Below, piece by piece: positions 21,062-33,300 of a stretch of DNA of 64,000 nucleotides. The notes beneath the pieces were generated by a model. That model had not been told where the DNA came from, searched no databases, and saw only the letters and a program-made list of their open reading frames with translations. Position numbers and translations under genes: made by a program. Source of the stretch: Mayamaea pseudoterrestris (taxonomy: Eukaryota); contig BROI01000014.1 in assembly GCA_027923505.1 (NCBI GenBank), positions 62,001-126,000 of the forward strand, written 5' to 3'. Every line of letters starts with the position of its first letter. Position 1 is the stretch's first letter.

Positions 21062-22019
21062 GGTAAAGAGAGATGCAGCGTTTCTTATAATGTGCGAAGC
21101 AAGCAGTAGTGAACCAACAGGCGACGGAGGTTGCAAATCAAGGTCGCTCCCAGAACCGAGAGGTCTGCCGACGGCAGCTGGCCGACCGCCTCTTGATTGC
21201 ATTCTCGAGAACCCGGTTTGAAAAATCGGTGTCGCTCGTCGAATCATAAGTGAGTGAGCGGAGCAAAACGCTTTTCATTGGTTCTTTGCATGATAGAGAG
21301 AACGCTAACGAAGTAGTGGCGGTTAACAAGATGGAAGACATAGAGTGTCAAAGAGCCGGGCGGCCCTAATTGCTACTTATGCCTTTAGGTCACATTTTTA
21401 ACGCGATGCTAAGCGAACCAAGATGACGCCAGGTTCACATATTGGCCTATAGTAAACTCCTAAGCAGCTGTTTCATTTCACCAACCAGTGGCACATTTGC
21501 ACTCTCCAAATCATACAAAACTTCGCGGAACACCGAGATACTATTCCATATCGAACTTCACCGAAGTGTCACCAACATGTGCCTCCGAGCACGTGTCCGT
21601 GACCTCCAATAATTACTATGGCTGTGAATGTACTATCTCAGCACGCGACCACGACCAGAAAAACCATAACCGTAAGTCGAGATTGGCTGACGTCGATGGC
21701 TTGGCGCGCGACCGTCTGCCAGCCGCGCGCTTTGGCTGGACAGAGGACCGTTGCTCTGTCATTGATCGCCCGAAAGCAGCAGCCGACTGTAGATTCATTT
21801 TCAGCAAGAGCAACGAAACATTGGATCATAGCTGTAAAGACGAACGATAGAGAGCAGCAGCGCGCTGATTTGGAGAAATTTCGCGCCAAGCAAATCTGTC
21901 GCCAATCCATAGTCAGAATTGTTGAAGATCTTGTACCTCTTTGGTCAGTTTCTTTCCATTGGCTGCTTGCAAATAATTTGATTGCTTGGCAACTATTGCA
22001 ATCTACGACATTAGCAGTC

Positions 22020-25000
22020 ATGTCCTCTGTCAATAATGCTCGAGATGATACGAACGAAGCAAAACTTGCTGCCAATCAACATGCGACGACAATCATCAAC
22101 GGCAACCAACATCAGCTCGAAACAATTTCCTCGTCATTTGCCGATGCACCAGGAGCCATGAATTACAATGCAAATAGTAGTAACAGTATATCCAATTTGA
22201 GCGACGTAGCAGTCACGTCAACCGGCTTTGACAAGTTCAGTAGAAGCGATGACGACGTATCGACCGACCAACAAGCCTTGTTTGCGGCTCGATTGTTTGG
22301 TGACGGCATTTTGGTTCGCAAAATAAAACGGAACGGCACGACTCATACACGCACCATCCGATGCATTCACGTGCTCATTGACGCTTCCTTCGCCGCCACA
22401 GTTCCAGTCGTCGCAAGCGGCGGAAGCAGCCCTGCCTCATCGAGTCGAAACACTCCGTCGCCAGCCAGCAGCACGACCAGTTCCATGAGTCACAGTTATT
22501 CCAAATCCAAAGGTCAGCCATGGCGACCGGTGCCAGCCAATACACCGTCCAGTATCATGGCATTGTCATGGAGCAAAACGTCCTCTCAGCAGCGGCTGCG
22601 ACGGAAATCTCCCAGTGACGATGGTTTGGTACCGCTGTCAGCCTTTGCGTTCATTCGCCTCGGCAAAACGACGGATCGAGCGCATAAGAATACTGCTCCG
22701 CCAAATCTCATTTTGAGTCTACAGACAAATCAGTCGAGAGATGAAATGAACCATTTGGGAGTGACTTGGCCTCCTAGTTTGGATATAGAAGCTCCGACGG
22801 TTGGCGATCGAGACAGCTTGGCCAAGGCTTTTTCTGAGTTTTTTCGTATTCCAATCATTTCCAAGGACCAACCACCACAGTCGGAAGAGTGTGGAGACGA
22901 TGGCTTGGTCGGGCCGCGGAGAAGAAGTCTTGGAAGTAGCGACGTTCACAGTTCCTCCGGAAAGCCACCAGCTCCTCCGCAGCGAGAAAGCAACAATAGC
23001 GCCAGCGGACAATCAAGGTCACGCAAAGGCAGTGTCGAGCATGCGGCGCAAAAGCTGCCACCTCAGCATGATAATTCATCCGATGCACTTGGTAGTGGCT
23101 CGTATCCTCCGCCTCTGCCGCCCTCGCATCAGCAGCAACCGTCGCTGCCAGCTGCATCATCTTACAATTCAGCCTCAACACGGCCAAATACTTCGTCACA
23201 AGGAGTCGTCATTTCGGTCGTTGACGGCGGACAGGATGGAAACAAGTCGGGCGGATCGGCTTCGGACATGTCGACCATTACAGGGCATGGGTTCGACCAA
23301 GAGCTTGTGGAAGAGTTGCATCAGGCACTCAACGAAATGCGATCAGAGCTGGAAGAATCGCGAGTTGAAGCCGCGCGAGCCGTCAAGGTGGCAGAGCAAG
23401 CCATTCAGAGTGCCGAGCGCAGCACGAGTGTGGAATGGCAAAATACAGTAACGCATAAAGCGGCGGAAGCGGCGGCTCAGGCGCAGAAGCGATCTGCCGA
23501 AGCAATGGCGAAGCAACGAATTGCTGAGGAGCGATTAGAGCAAGAAAAACTCAATGCAGCATTTTGGAAAAAGCAAGCTGAGATTGCAGAAGAAGAAGCA
23601 GGTGCATTGCAGACGAGAGCGGCGGCGGCGGAAATTCAACGTGCCACCATTGAACAACGTCTTGAAGGTGAGAGTAGAAAGTCGGCTGCTCTGCAAGACT
23701 TGCTACAGAAGCGACTTAGTTTGAGCGAAGGGATTCAGCGAAGCGCCTTGCAAGCCAGTTTGGAACGAAACAGAATACTTGAAATGGAAGCTGAACAGCT
23801 ACGACGTCAACTCGACAAGCACTTGGAGAATACAGAGAACGGCGAAGAGAAAGCTCCTTCCAGAAGGCGACTCAGTTTTAGTCGCAAACAGAAGAGTACT
23901 CCTGAGTCTCGGGTTTCATTGCTTTCCGGAAAGACAAACTCATCGTCGAGTCAGAATCTCTCAAACACGAATGGCACTTTGAACAACTCTATGCAGATTG
24001 CGAAGATAGCCGAAGAAGCAAGCTTTATTCGTGAGCAATTTGAATTGTTGCGACGCATGACATCGGATGAGCTCGGTCAAATACCTGTTGACTCACTACA
24101 ATGGAGTGAGCAAATGAAAGCAGCTCTTTGCTTTGCGCGTGGCGAGTCCGATCGACTGCGCAATAATCTTGCCTATGAATCTGCTTCACGCCGCCTTTTG
24201 CAGCACGAAGTTGCTGACCTTCGAGGGACAATTCGTGTTTTTTGTCAACCTCGACCCAGTTCTGCTGATGAAGTGTCTTTGCTTAGTATCCAGTCGCATG
24301 AAACGGTCACCTTGCATCGCGAGCGCATTCCTACAAGTGTCAATGATGAAACGATTGGAACACTGAGTTTTCAGTTTGATCGCGTCTTTTCTGCTAGTGC
24401 TACGTCAACCGACGTTTATCAGGAAATTGAGGAGGTTGCCCTTGGCGTTTTTGAAGGATACAACGTCTGCATCATGGGATACGGACCGTCCAACTATGCC
24501 GCTGAGTCGCTTTACGGGGATCTCCGATACAAGGACGCCACAGTTTGCATTGAAAGCCACGGCGTTCAGTCGCTGACGATAGAGAAACTATTCAATGTGA
24601 CGGAACATCGCCGCGATCGATACAGAGACTCGTTTTCGCTATCTATTGTGGAAGTGTACAACGAACGAATCGCTGACCTTCTCGCTGCCACCAAGAAAGG
24701 CGAAGAATGCGGGGAAACTATCGTGGCTGATGGCGGTGGACGCAAGAAGAAGAATGCTGCGGATGATGATACTTCAAAAGGGCCGACAAAGCTCGAGATT
24801 CGTACCAATGCCCATGGCGAGGTGGTGGTGCAAGGTTCGCTCTCGGTCAAGGTGAACGATTTTGACGATACGAGCGAGGTTTGGAAGGAAAGTATGCGCA
24901 ACCGACGAACACGACTGTTGGAGCAGGGCATTGATTTCAAAGAGTACGAGGCGTCTTCGCAAATAATCGCAACACTGAAGGTGAAGTCAATTAACGTTGC

Positions 25001-25427
25001 CACAGGACTGGGAAGTTTGGGCAAGATTCAGTTTGTGAATTTAGCAGGCGCTGATGTTGTCGCCCGGCAGACCTCCACAGTCGACTCGAAGGCAGAGCCA
25101 TCACTTCAGGAACTTACACAAAGTTTGTCTGGCGCCGCCAAGGACGTTTCTTGGAGGTTTGAAAATCGCTGGGCTAGTGTTTTTGGAGAAGTAATTGTCG
25201 CTCGATCGCAATATTCCAGAACTGTTCCGTACCGAAACTCCACCCTGACCCATCTGCTTTCCGACTGCCTCGACCATGATGCTAAAGTCGTTTTGCTCGC
25301 ATGCGTCTCGTCTGATGTAAAAGATGCGCAACAAACAGCAACGACCATGCGCCTGGCAACGCAAGCTCGCAGAATTTGGCTTGGCAAGGCGACGAAACAT
25401 ACACTCGAGGAACCTTTGAACAAGTAA
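22020..25427 (+). CDS. Kinesin-14-like protein: N-terminal PH-like domain, coiled coil, C-terminal motor-homology domain with degenerate nucleotide motifs
   Basis: DLRGTIRVFC neck, FQFDRVF, EGYNVCIMGYG, EVYNERIADLL, VPYRNSTLTHLLSDCL. Long coiled coil. PH-like segments GILVRKIKRNG...IRLGKTT...SLDIEA. Start taken at ATG 22020. Confidence 0.85.
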   Translation: MSSVNNARDDTNEAKLAANQHATTIINGNQHQLETISSSFADAPGAMNYNANSSNSISNLSDVAVTSTGFDKFSRSDDDVSTDQQALFAARLFGDGILVRKIKRNGTTHTRTIRCIHVLIDASFAATVPVVASGGSSPASSSRNTPSPASSTTSSMSHSYSKSKGQPWRPVPANTPSSIMALSWSKTSSQQRLRRKSPSDDGLVPLSAFAFIRLGKTTDRAHKNTAPPNLILSLQTNQSRDEMNHLGVTWPPSLDIEAPTVGDRDSLAKAFSEFFRIPIISKDQPPQSEECGDDGLVGPRRRSLGSSDVHSSSGKPPAPPQRESNNSASGQSRSRKGSVEHAAQKLPPQHDNSSDALGSGSYPPPLPPSHQQQPSLPAASSYNSASTRPNTSSQGVVISVVDGGQDGNKSGGSASDMSTITGHGFDQELVEELHQALNEMRSELEESRVEAARAVKVAEQAIQSAERSTSVEWQNTVTHKAAEAAAQAQKRSAEAMAKQRIAEERLEQEKLNAAFWKKQAEIAEEEAGALQTRAAAAEIQRATIEQRLEGESRKSAALQDLLQKRLSLSEGIQRSALQASLERNRILEMEAEQLRRQLDKHLENTENGEEKAPSRRRLSFSRKQKSTPESRVSLLSGKTNSSSSQNLSNTNGTLNNSMQIAKIAEEASFIREQFELLRRMTSDELGQIPVDSLQWSEQMKAALCFARGESDRLRNNLAYESASRRLLQHEVADLRGTIRVFCQPRPSSADEVSLLSIQSHETVTLHRERIPTSVNDETIGTLSFQFDRVFSASATSTDVYQEIEEVALGVFEGYNVCIMGYGPSNYAAESLYGDLRYKDATVCIESHGVQSLTIEKLFNVTEHRRDRYRDSFSLSIVEVYNERIADLLAATKKGEECGETIVADGGGRKKKNAADDDTSKGPTKLEIRTNAHGEVVVQGSLSVKVNDFDDTSEVWKESMRNRRTRLLEQGIDFKEYEASSQIIATLKVKSINVATGLGSLGKIQFVNLAGADVVARQTSTVDSKAEPSLQELTQSLSGAAKDVSWRFENRWASVFGEVIVARSQYSRTVPYRNSTLTHLLSDCLDHDAKVVLLACVSSDVKDAQQTATTMRLATQARRIWLGKATKHTLEEPLNK

Positions 25428-26248
25428 AATTTCGTGGAATGATGATACAAATAGTTGTAAAATAACATATTTAAGTAATTGCTGTAACCTACTCGTGGCG
25501 ACTGACGGGCATGTGCAATTGAATGCCTGACAAACCGAACAGACGCGCACGTTCGAGTGATGAGCAACGTTGTTACAAGCGTTGCAAACGTAACTCAAAT
25601 CACAGAAGTCTTCGGTAGTATTTTTAAAAGCAACGATACAACCGCAGCGGTCCACAGCGCCCTCGGAAAACTTGCAGTTAGCTGAACTCGAAAAATCTTT
25701 TTGTGTCGCATCGGTTATTTTTATCGGCTCGACGCGCCACGACGCCTCGCACAACATTGATCAACAATCATGAACAACCATGCATGCATGCAAGCGACGA
25801 GCGAAAGTGAAAGCCAATTTTTTCTACTGTAATCTACCGACATGGCGCTGACTTGCATTGTCAAAATGAGCTTTGTGTTGCTGAGATGTAGTCGCGCGCG
25901 TTTGGGCGAAGGTTGACGAGCGTTCAAGCAAGTCAAGGCAACGATTGCATGTTGCGCCATCAGGAACGCGCACACTGCGGCAACGTTACATTTCGCTTGA
26001 GACTTGCGCGCGCGCGTCAATATTGCCTGCAAATTTCGCACGTCTACCCAACTACCAGTCATGGCGCTGCGGCAAGACGGCAGTGCAATTATAAATGAAG
26101 CGAAAATGATGGTGCGAGTACGAACATCCCTCATTTATGCTCCATCACACATTTTTGTGCAGGGGCCACGACGACGAGCGAATGACATTGCCAAGCAAGT
26201 AAATCGCGGCGCTACATGGAATGTTTCGAGCGATGGATGTGGTATATA

Positions 26249-28248
26249 TTGCCGTTTCGTTTCAAGTCGATTTTTCGGATTTTCACGACACCGCGATTCG
26301 ACCAACCATCCACCATTTGCAGCAGCATCCGTCATTCCAATTTAAAAGGCACAGAAGGAAGTAACTATAGATTTAAAACACTAGATCTACTAAGTAAGTC
26401 ATGACGGATTCAATGGTGCAGTCGGTTTTGTCATCCGAGCCGTATTGGTCCCGCCGCGGCTCCGTTTCTGAAAAAGTACGTCCGTTTTTTCGTCGGCCCC
26501 CTCCAATCCATCCTTGCTATCGCGCCATGGGTCCTTTTTGACGCTGATACCGTGCATACACTTGCTTTATAAAATAATGGATCTATTCGCCAAGTTTGGA
26601 TGAGTTCTGATGCGTATTTAAAGTAAAGTAGCCCTCAACCGGCGACCTCACATTTTGTGCAAAACTTTGAGGCGATCCACACGCTTCGTTTGACGGCAAC
26701 AAGCACCTTCTCATTCCACTATTTGCTCTATATTCTCAATACAGACGCCAACGATCTAATTGCTAAAGCGGACGGAGATTAAGCAGCGTTTAACTGACTT
26801 CGTACCGAATCACCTACAACAGCTGCAACCAGCAACACGACGCTGGCGCTTCAAGCTGCCGACATCGTCAACCATCATTTAAATGCTTTGATTTTGACAC
26901 CAGCACTTGGTCTCCATTCTTTGATATCCTGGCTTGTGTAGGACGCCTTGGAGATGCCCGTTCATCAATTGTGGGGAAGCTTTAGTCATGGCAAGTTGGC
27001 GCCGTGCGCCATTCTGTCACCGCAGTTGCACTAGCGCTGCAAAGGGCAGTTGCACGCTGCAAAAACTGCTTTGAACGCATTGAAAAGCTTATCCTTTATA
27101 ATGTATGATGGACTCGTTGGTGCAGGAAGGCGGTCTGCACGCAGCGCTCTACTTGTTCACATTGCCGCGCTCGCTGAATCGGCAGATGGCCTGCTGTACC
27201 TGCACACTTGCTTTCCTTCTAAATGGTGGCAGACAAGGCACAGAAGGCAGCCAGGGGTGTACAATTAGCGCTTCTTTAACTTGGAAGAGCTTTACTGCTT
27301 TGTCGGGTTGCCCTTCTAAAGCAAAATGCTAGGGTGAGGCCACTTTTTGCCGCAACACACATATCGGTACTAATACACTACTCGAACTGCTACTGCAAGC
27401 TCTTTTACACTTTATTAATGTTGTTTGTTTGGCAAATGTACTTTAAATTGTATCGTCACACACATGGCCGCTTCCGGTGGATTGGTAATGCTCCTGCCGA
27501 TGCCCAATGGCGGCATTGTGTCTATTAGCGTAGAAATGCTCATTAGACACACCTAATCGCTGTACATCTGCATCTTCTACTGTGTTCGATTGGTCCAAAG
27601 CCAGTAGAATGACATTTACCTTCCTGGCAAGTATGCTCCATCCTCCAATAAAGCAGGTGAAGCTTGATGCGCGCGCAAAGATTGAAACGATTCAGCCTTC
27701 ACTAACCGTCATTCTTGCCCAATTGCATGCTTACAGATGTCATTAACAAGATCGGTAAAGAATCTGACACGAGTGTTTGCTTTAGAAGTGCCAGCAATAG
27801 CGTTTTTGGGGGATGATTCCGACAGACGTTAAGGACCTGCATCGGCATCCATCTTCTGCTTGGGCATGCTGCAGTCTTCCTTGATGGTTTTGAGTGATTT
27901 TTTACGCGAAATCGATCCTGTATAAAGTAAAGAAGCGATATGTAAGTGTGCACTATAGGAGGAATTAGAATAGCGCTGTAAATTGAGGCGGTGACTGACG
28001 AGGAGGAGGAAACGGATGCAATAAAAACATAAATCGTGCTGCGGCGGGACCAATACGGCTTGAATGACAAAACTGATTACACCATTCGAACCCGCTTGAC
28101 TTACTTAGTAGATCTAGTGTTTTAAATCAATAAAAAGGACTAAGTCTGAGCTTTAAAAGGCGAAAATGGATGCTGCTGCAAATGGTGGATGGTTGGTCGA
28201 TTCGCGGCGTCGTGAAATCCGAAAAATCGACTTGAAACGAAACGGCAA
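26249..28248. mobile_element. Non-autonomous DNA element with long (~210 bp) imperfect TIRs, copy 1 (2.0 kb)
   Basis: Ends TTGCCGTTTCGTTTCAAGTCGATTTTTCGGA... and ...TCCGAAAAATCGACTTGAAACGAAACGGCAA, both flanked by TA. TIRs ~26249-26460 and ~28038-28248. No transposase ORF. Confidence 0.75.
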
Positions 28249-28289
28249 TATAGACGAGCAGCGCTGCAACCACAAAAGCAAATGTCATA

Positions 28290-30302
28290 TTGGCGTTTCG
28301 ATAGAAAATGACATTTCGACGTTTTGAAAATTCACGAGTGTGACCGCCCATCGCCCATCGCCCAAGCATTCACTTTCGTCTTTTAAAGCTCATACTTAGT
28401 CCTTTTTATTGATTTAAAGCACTAGATCTACTAAGTAAGTGAAGCGGCATCGAACGGTGTAATCAGTTTTGTCATCCGAGCCGTATTGGTCCCGCCGCGG
28501 CACGATTTATGTTTTTATTGCATCCGTTTCCTCCTCGTCGTCAGTCACAGCCTCAATTTACAGCGCTATTCTCTTTTTTGTTATAGTATACACTTACACA
28601 TCGCTTCTATACTTTTTACAGGATAGATATTGCGTTAAAGATTTACCTGAATCCATTAATTGGCGCTTTAGCATGCCGCAGAAGAAGGGTGCCGGATGCA
28701 GGTCAAAACCATCTGTCGGAATGGACCTCCACAAACGCTCTTGTAGACGCTCCCAAAGCAAGCGAACAAGCAAAAACTTTGAACTACTACATGAGAGACA
28801 ACATAAAAAGTGCGAGCGAGCGAACTCGATGGTTTGTGAAAGCTGCATCCCACTATTCCAAGAGTAGCGGCAGTACAAGTCACCTGCAATGGCGCTTTGC
28901 CGCCATTATCAATCAGCAGTCGCATCTATATCCTGCTTGCTGGTAAACGCAGTAGAAGATGCTGCTGATCAGCGACTGGGTGTGTATTGAGCATTTCAAC
29001 GCCGCTGATAAACACAAGACTGCCATTGGGCATTGGCAGGAGCGCAGGAGCATTACCAATCCACCGGGAGCAGCCATATGTGTAGCAATACAACTAACAG
29101 TACTTTTGCCAACACAAACAACCTTATACAAGTGTACATGAGCTTGCAGTAGCAATTTGAATCAGTGTATTAGTACTAACATGCTTGCTGCAGCAGAAAG
29201 TGGCATCACACTAGCAATCAACTCAACTAAAGCTCTTCCATCAAGCATCCAAGCCTCGCCAAGCTATCAACATGGATACTCGCCAAGCTATCAACATGGA
29301 TATTGATCATCCCTGGTTGCATTTTGTGCCTTGTATGCCACCGTTTAAAAGGAAAGCAAGTGTGCAGCAGGCCATCTGCCATCTGCCGCTTCCGCAAGCG
29401 TGGCAATGTGAACGAGTACAGCGCTGCATGTAAATCGCCCTCCTGCACCAAAAGGTCCATCATACATCATAACAGAAGTGCTTTTCAATGCACTTGAAGT
29501 AGTCATGCGTCATGCATTGCAGCGAAAGTGCAACTGCAGCGCGAGTGCAGCTGCGGAGCCATATTGCCATGGCTCAAACCTCCCCACAATTGATGAAATG
29601 GGCATCTCCATGGCATGCTCAACCAGCCAGAATACCAAGGAATGGAATCCAAGTGATGGTGTCATGCGCAAAGCATTCAAATGATTGTTGAAAGTGTCGG
29701 CAGCTTGATAGGGCCAGCGCTTTGTTGCTGGTGCAGGTGATTCGGTACGAAGTCATTTAAATGTTGCTTAAACTCCGCCCTCTTTGGCAATTAGATCATT
29801 TGCGTCTGTATTGATATTAAAGTGCAAAGAATGGAATGAGAAGGGGCTTATTGCCACCAAACGAAGCGTGTGAATCGCCTCAAAGTTTCGCACAAAATGT
29901 GGAGTCTCATATCAAGGGCTCGCATACTTTATACACTCATCAGAACTGGACCAAACTCAGCAATCAGCTCCATTACACTATAGATCATGTGTATGAACGG
30001 TATCAGCGTCAAAAAGGACTTGTGGCGCAATATCAAGGACGGACTGGAGCAAGCAGTCAAAGTGACGGCCGCATCACAACTAAAAAGGTGCTGCGGCGGG
30101 ACCAATACTCATTCGAAAACAAAACTAATCACACCATTAGATGCCGCTTCACTTACTTAGTAGATCTAGTGCTTTAAATCAATAAAAACGGTCTATTATA
30201 AGCTTTAAAAGGCGAAAGTGGATGCTTTGGGCGATGGGCGATGGGCGGTCACACTCGATTTTGCCCGAGCGATCGAAATGTCATGTTGCAGCGAAACGCC
30301 AA
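28290..30302. mobile_element. Non-autonomous long-TIR DNA element, copy 2 (2.0 kb), inverted relative to copy 1
   Basis: Ends TTGGCGTTTCG... and ...CGAAACGCCAA, both flanked by TA. TIRs ~28290-28501 and ~30088-30302. Interior is reverse-complement homologous to copy 1 (e.g. 26681-26720 vs 29832-29871). Confidence 0.75.
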
Positions 30303-33300
30303 TATACCATATTACGTTTTTTGGGCACCTGCGACGACAGCGTTGCATTCATTAAAGGCGCCTGTGAACGCTTACTTCCCCGTGAATGACGAAACGCTAA
30401 GCTTGAGAGTGTCATGGCGAGAATGCCGCCAGCACTTGTCGCTCGGCTTTGTACTTTTTGAAACGCGAACATGCTCCACCACCAATATTGTCCGTGTTGA
30501 TGACACAAGCGGCAGCAATCAACCATGTAAACGTCAACATTGTGGGGTGAACTATTGTTTATAGCACTACAAGCACTGCGAAATGCGCATTGGAAGCATC
30601 GTTGCCGCTGCCACCGTCTGGCAATATGTGGTGTATCGGAAACTCACTCCACGTGACTACAGCTTCGATCACTTGCATTCGATCGCCAGTCAACTCGAAA
30701 GAGGCATACTGTATAGTTTCGGACAGACCCTTTTGCGATACTTGCGCATGGCAATGTTTTAAAAGAATCGATACGAAAATAGCCCGGCAAAAGCGAGTCT
30801 GAGCAAGTGGCGGTTCTCCGACATGTTGGTCGCCAACAAGTATCGAATCGTTCTTGTGACGTTCGATACCAGTCCACAAATAGAGAGTTTCTCGTTGACG
30901 AGCTTGGTGCTATTGTGAAGGTATTACTTTTACCGGTTAAGATTTGATATTCCTGCTTGGCGCGACCTACACGATTGCGACTGTCGTCGCTTAACGTTAT
31001 CAGTGCTCACCGTCGTGCATACAAGTTAGTGAAACCAGCTTTGTTTATACCTAGGGATGGGATAATTGTCATCAAATCTCCCTTATATAGTGGTGAGCCA
31101 GCTTTGTGGAAACTGAGTCATGGTAAAGATCGGCGAATACTAGTTCCGGGCGTGATAACATTGGGCAGCAGCAGAGTACTCCTGCAGCAAGTGATCGCCC
31201 TCTCTAGCGACGAAGCACTGCGATTTAATTACTTTTTCTGTAGACAATTTACGCGATTCAAGCGAAAGAGGTTTCTTGCTTCGGTCGAGTCGCTGTATAC
31301 ATCTGATGCAAGTGTCCGGATGTACACACGACAAACTTATTTGATTCGACAAAAGAATTTGATATTCATGCTGAGATTTCCATCGAGTCTACCGGTAGTG
31401 CAGCCAACCTATTTGTCAGATCGAAGGCGACTTGTGACACGAAAGATTATCCTGGAGCGCTCGAGACTTCGCCTAGGCTAATCATAAAGATAATCCAAAG
31501 TCTTCTAATGCTAAGGTGACGACGGCAGCTTTTTGATCGTCGCTGCTATTATATTGCTTTGCTGTGGATCAACGATTTGGTCACGCACGCAAACACTTTC
31601 TTCTGCGACGTTGACGACATGCGATATGGCTTGCTTCTCGAGGCCTTCGACGTTGGCTGCTTGGCCTCGTTTTCATGCACACCTCTTTTCCATTGCATGG
31701 CTTCATTTTGCGGCGGCAACTATTAAACAGACAGCGGCTAGTGGTGCAGTACTCTCGTGGAGACGTTGCCAAAAAGCAAGATTTTGGCATAGGTGAATCA
31801 GTTGTCAATGTTGTGGTTTGAGCAACCAACGAATTGCATTCGACTACAATACCGGCCGCGCAATTTGCCAAATAAATTGCAGATGATTGCCGGGGGAATT
31901 TTTTCATGGGTTACGATATAGTTTTTGCACCCAGGATTTGGACGGCTGACCTGCTGATATATTTGCAAAGTGTGCATCCAAACGAATATGATATCTGCTG
32001 ACGCATCTACCATGTACACATTGCCAAGAAATCTTTGCGAGTCGGTGCGGCAGGCTACCGGTACCAGTGGTCTTTTATAGTCAGTCGAGTTCCGATCGAT
32101 TGAACTTTGCCATTTGACACAAATAAGTGATCGACCGGCTGTCGATGGCCATCCGACACACGAAGTAATTTACCGGCTGTCGAAGGGACTAAAACTGCCT
32201 CTGCTGGCATGCATCAATGAGACTGAAACTATTTGCCGCCAAGCGGTGACCGCGCACGAATGGAGTGGTTACCTTTGCCTCGTAAAGTGAACTCTCTGCT
32301 GTGCTTTCGTCAGGTAAATGTGTCGCTGGGAAGTGCGGCAGGTGACACTATAGTATGCGCTGAGAAGAGTTTCTTCGTGAATTTTACATCGTGCCGAGCG
32401 TGACGCATTCAAGCGCTTGCTACGACTAATAGCACCCACGTCCTTGTATTCACAGCTATATCTTCAAGGAGAGGAATGGACGTTGCAACGGGATTTCGGG
32501 GCAAGAAAGTTTGTTGTAGCGCCTGGCGCTCTGGCAGTACTTGGACCTTGTTGCTGCTCAACGGTAGTGAAGACTACTTCGCAAGTAGTAGGTTAAACGA
32601 TGAAGAAGATGTTTCTTTTTGCAACAGCAAGCTTATAGTGTTTTATGCAATCACTAGTTTCAGATTGTGAGCACAAGGCTCGACATTCGACTCGAAAGGC
32701 AGGAACATCCAGGATCATTGAAATGATAAATCTCAAAGAAGAACCCACGTCTGGTGAACAGACAATAATGCCGTTGTTATAGCTGTTGGAGCTTGTTAGC
32801 ATGAAAGCATGAAGACGGAGCGTGCAGAGCGCCATGGTGGAATGGCAACGATCCAATGCAGTCGACGGGAGTACCGGACAGACAAATACGTAAGTACCGG
32901 ACAGACAGAACCCGGACACAGTCAATCTCGACTACGGTGCTCGTTCTAGCGCTTGGCTCGTTCGTGCTTGGTACCTGGTTGCAATGGAGCTCGGCTTTAC
33001 ACATAGCAAAGGCTAGGGCATCTGTGCGTTGGCGCCATTCGACGGAGCTATATGCGTATAACAATTGCTAAGGCTCAGCACTTTCTTGCAGCTTAACGGA
33101 GCTTGTCTTGCCATCTTGCCACTTGTCCAGCTGTCTCGCTTGTTGCCTGCCCAATAAGCAACTGGTGCTTCCGTGGCGATCTGCTGCGACGCATTGCTGC
33201 CTCTAAAATTCTGCCAAAGTAGTACTTGTGGCCTCAAGGCACTCTTTTGCGTCTATTATTCATGGTACACGGTGCGAAGAAGAAGGATGTTCTGCCTAAA

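Noticed and set aside
21618..22019. N-terminal extension of the kinesin ORF
   Set aside because: No recognisable features; likely open 5' UTR/promoter shared with the divergent MYB gene. ATG 22020 is preferred but not proven.
27050..29684. Similar short ORFs inside the two TIR elements (e.g. MMDSLVQEGG / MMDLLVQEGD)
   Set aside because: Similarity follows from DNA homology; stops and indels differ and no transposase motif is recognisable.
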